Origin: the human T2T-CHM13v2.0 reference genome, Homo sapiens
Assembly (NCBI RefSeq): GCF_009914755.1
Contig: NC_060948.1
DNA: 64,000 nucleotides
Direction: 5' to 3' (one strand)
Shown: positions 61,025-64,000 of the stretch, piece by piece
How the letters are laid out: the number at the start of each line of letters is the position of its first letter
How positions within the stretch are numbered: position 1 is the first letter of the stretch
Notes under the pieces: model-generated
The model's input: the letters and a program-made list of their open reading frames with translations, nothing else
Told to the model about the DNA's origin: nothing
The model's database searches: none
Translations under genes and position numbers: made by a program

Positions 61025-64000
61025 ATGATTTGAGTTACTAATGCACAGATTAAATAAATGGGTGCATTAGAGCAAGGTCTGCCATTCCTGGCAGCCATTC
61101 CAAGGGACTGGCCTCTCGTAGCGGTAGATCTTACAAATTCTTTCCTGACTATATTCTTACATGAGATGGATAAGTCTTGATTTGTTTTCTCTGTGCCTTC
61201 TAGCAATCAAAAAGAGCCTGTCTCTCATTACCAGTGGAAAGTTTTACCCGAAAGCATGCTCACCATTCCCATGCTATGTCAGCATTTTGTAGCACAGTCA
61301 TTAAAGGAGCCTCAGAATATATTTCCTACTGCCTTCATCATTCATTATGTGGATGACATTCTTTTGATTGCTCCTACGGAACAATTAACACCAATTGTTC
61401 AGAGAAACAAAACAGGCTTTGCCTAAATGGAATCTCAAAATAGCTCAAGAAAAGGTAGAAACAATCTCCCAATACCAATACTTAGGTGCTACTGTTACTG
61501 AAATAAATGTTTGACCTCAGAAATTAGTCCTCCATAGGGTGAGATTACAAACCTTGAATGATTTCCAAAAATTATTAGGGGATATAAATTGGCTGTGTCC
61601 AATGCGAGGTGTTAATTGAAACTTATCAACTCAAACACTCAGACACTCCATGGAGATTATTCATTATATTCTCCTTGGCAACTTACTAACTTACAGCTTG
61701 TAGAGCAAATGCTTCAGCAAACACCCACCTCTCCACTACAGCCACAAAACCTTTGGTTCTCTTTATTCTTTCTACCCCCAATTCTCCAGCAGAACTTTTA
61801 GACCAGTTCATAGAAAAATCTGTAATTGTAATAGAATGGCTTTTTTAAAAAAATTCAATCAGACTGTAAAGTATCTGCAAGTTTATCTTTCTTTAATTAC
61901 TCAACTTATAACAATGGGTAGGCATACATGCAAAATGTTTAAGAGATATGATCCAGAAAAAAAATATTGTTCTCCTTTTAGAGCAAGTCTAAAAGTATGA
62001 AGGGAAAAAAATTGGATTCCCAACAACAGGCTGCAGCATGGGACATGTTGACTGTGTGGCAAATTGCTCTTGCAGATTTTGTAGGAATAATAGATAAATA
62101 TTATCCATCAGAAAAAAATTAGCAATTTTAAAAGTTCAACCTTTCATCTTCCCTGTGATTACTCATCAAAAACACATTTCAGGCAGCCAGACCTATTTTA
62201 CTGATGGCTCTTTCAAAGGTCGCACCGCTACTTATGGGCCTAATCCTATTCAAAGAATAAAAATCCCTGGAGTTTCAGCTCAACGCTCAAAACTAATGGC
62301 AGTTATTCAGGTTTTACAACTCACTGCTTCATCTCCTATTAACACTGTCTATGATTCAGCCTATGTTGTAATGTAGCCAGTCACATTGAGATTGCCACTA
62401 TTTAAGGCATCCTAGAACCAGAGCTGTTTAACTTGTTTCTAAGACTTCAACAAGCCCTTTGCTCTTGTGCTGCTCCTTTTTATATTTCTCATATTTGCTT
62501 TCCCACACAACTCTCTACACTATTTCTAGGTAATGATAGAGCAGATAGATTGATTTGTTCTGCATTTCAACAAGCTCAAGCTTCTCATACATTACTGCTT
62601 CAAAACCCCTCGGCCTTTATTTGTGTGTTTGATTTGCCTCACAGCCAGGCTGCAGCCTGCGTAAGCCTGTCCTATCTTCCAGCATGTACCTGGAGTCGCA
62701 TCTATAGAAGGCTATAACCCATGAGGCTTAGCTCCAAACGAAATCTGACAGATGGATGCTACTCATGAGGCTGCCATTGGCAAGCTCTCCTTTGTTCATG
62801 TGATTGTAGACACTTATTCTCATTTGCTGAATGCTACATGCAAAACAGATCAGAGAGCTGGTCATGTACAATGGCATTGTCTGTCATTTGCTCATATGGG
62901 GTCCCCAAACAAATAAAAAACTGATAATGGACTCGCTTATGTTAGTTATCATTTAAAAAAAAAAAAACTATAGCTACGTTCAATCACTCATGAATCAGGA
63001 ATTCCTTACAACCCTCAAGGACAAGGAATTATACAGTGGGCAAATCAAACATTACAACATGTGCTGGAAAAACAGAAAGCAAAAATAAGAGACCAGATAC
63101 CACCTCAAACAAAATTATGTTTACTTTTACTTATTTACTTTAATTTTTTCAAATTTATTTGCTTTAAATTTTTTGACTTTTGTCACAGATAGTAAGACTG
63201 TAGCAGAAGGACATTGGTAAATGTTAGAGGGAAAAAGGAGAGTATACTGAAAGGTAGTATGAAATACCCAGAAGAAGGATGATGGACAGGCTCAGTAGAT
63301 TTACTAATGTAAGGAGGAGGGAATGCTTGTGTTTTTGCAGGAGATGGATAAAATGTGTGGGTGCCCTCAAGGTGTTTGTGACCATGGAAAGGGAGACTGG
63401 AGAGAGCCATTTATCCCAACTATGGATGCGGCTCCTCCATTACAAGCCATGAGCCAGCTGAAAGTGCTGGAGTGCCAAGTTCAGGTAAAAACCCCTGACT
63501 TCACGTTTATGGCCATGCTACCTGTAACACCCTGTGCAGTTTGTTTTCCCTGTGCAGAGACAAAAACATATTGGACGTATGTTTCCAATCCCTGAGTATT
63601 ATGGACTGTAATTTGGATTGACAGTCCCCCTGTGATCTATCATGATCATGGAGTGTGGGAACAAGGATACCAAACTCCCCTGACACAGAACAATTAGACT
63701 CTCAGAACAATGATTATCAATTATACTGCTCCATTGCAGGGACTTCTTTTATGTGTCACCCAGAGTACATCACTCAACTGCAGTTGTCTTGCAATTTAAT
63801 CCCAAGCATGGTTGAGTTACTATGGAAAAATTATGTACTTATTAGGCCTTAGCTCTATTAACATTACTGTTATAGCTAATAACCACTCCCAGCCCCATCA
63901 CCCAAGTTGTATTAATTATACAGAATGGGCTTCCTTTGATAATTCTTACCCCCATCATTGGACCCAGTGTCTTGGCACCCTAGCTAGACTAACAGTCCAT
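61025..64000 (+). mobile_element. Betaretrovirus-like HERV-K, HML-6 (HERVK3)-like pol and env start, disrupted
   Basis: NQKEPVSHYQWKVLP, IIHYVDDILL, YFTDGS..SAQRSKL..YDSAYVV; integrase GIPYNPQGQGII (~63000); env CAVCFPCAETKTYWTYVSNP. Confidence 0.88.

Overview
Primate (catarrhine, human-like) genomic DNA, most probably from the ampliconic region of the Y chromosome; the species cannot be determined by eye. No intact protein-coding gene is visible. Gene-derived sequence consists of a full-length but disabled CDY (chromodomain Y) retrogene pseudogene (CDS 27419-29289), a tandem CDY copy with nearly the whole CDS deleted (~21850-22650), and one USP9Y-like pseudo-exon (~8976-9068, minus). Most of the rest is nested retroelements: a near full-length L1PA, older L1M fragments, five Alus, solo LTRs (LTR22, LTR5A, MER11, MER52), a deleted HERV-L provirus, nested LTR25-like/HUERS-P-type ERV1 proviruses, a 5'-truncated HERV-T (HERV-S71/LTR6A) provirus and an HML-6 (HERV-K3) pol-env fragment. 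I found no convincing new biological system. The notable signals are structural: an Alu inserted exactly at the CDY splice donor, a gag segment moved and inverted inside HERV-T, an inverted duplication, recurring ERV junctions implying ancient tandem amplification, and a locally templated insertion. Family names come from recall of consensus sequences, not a database search. Boundaries without a TSD are approximate.
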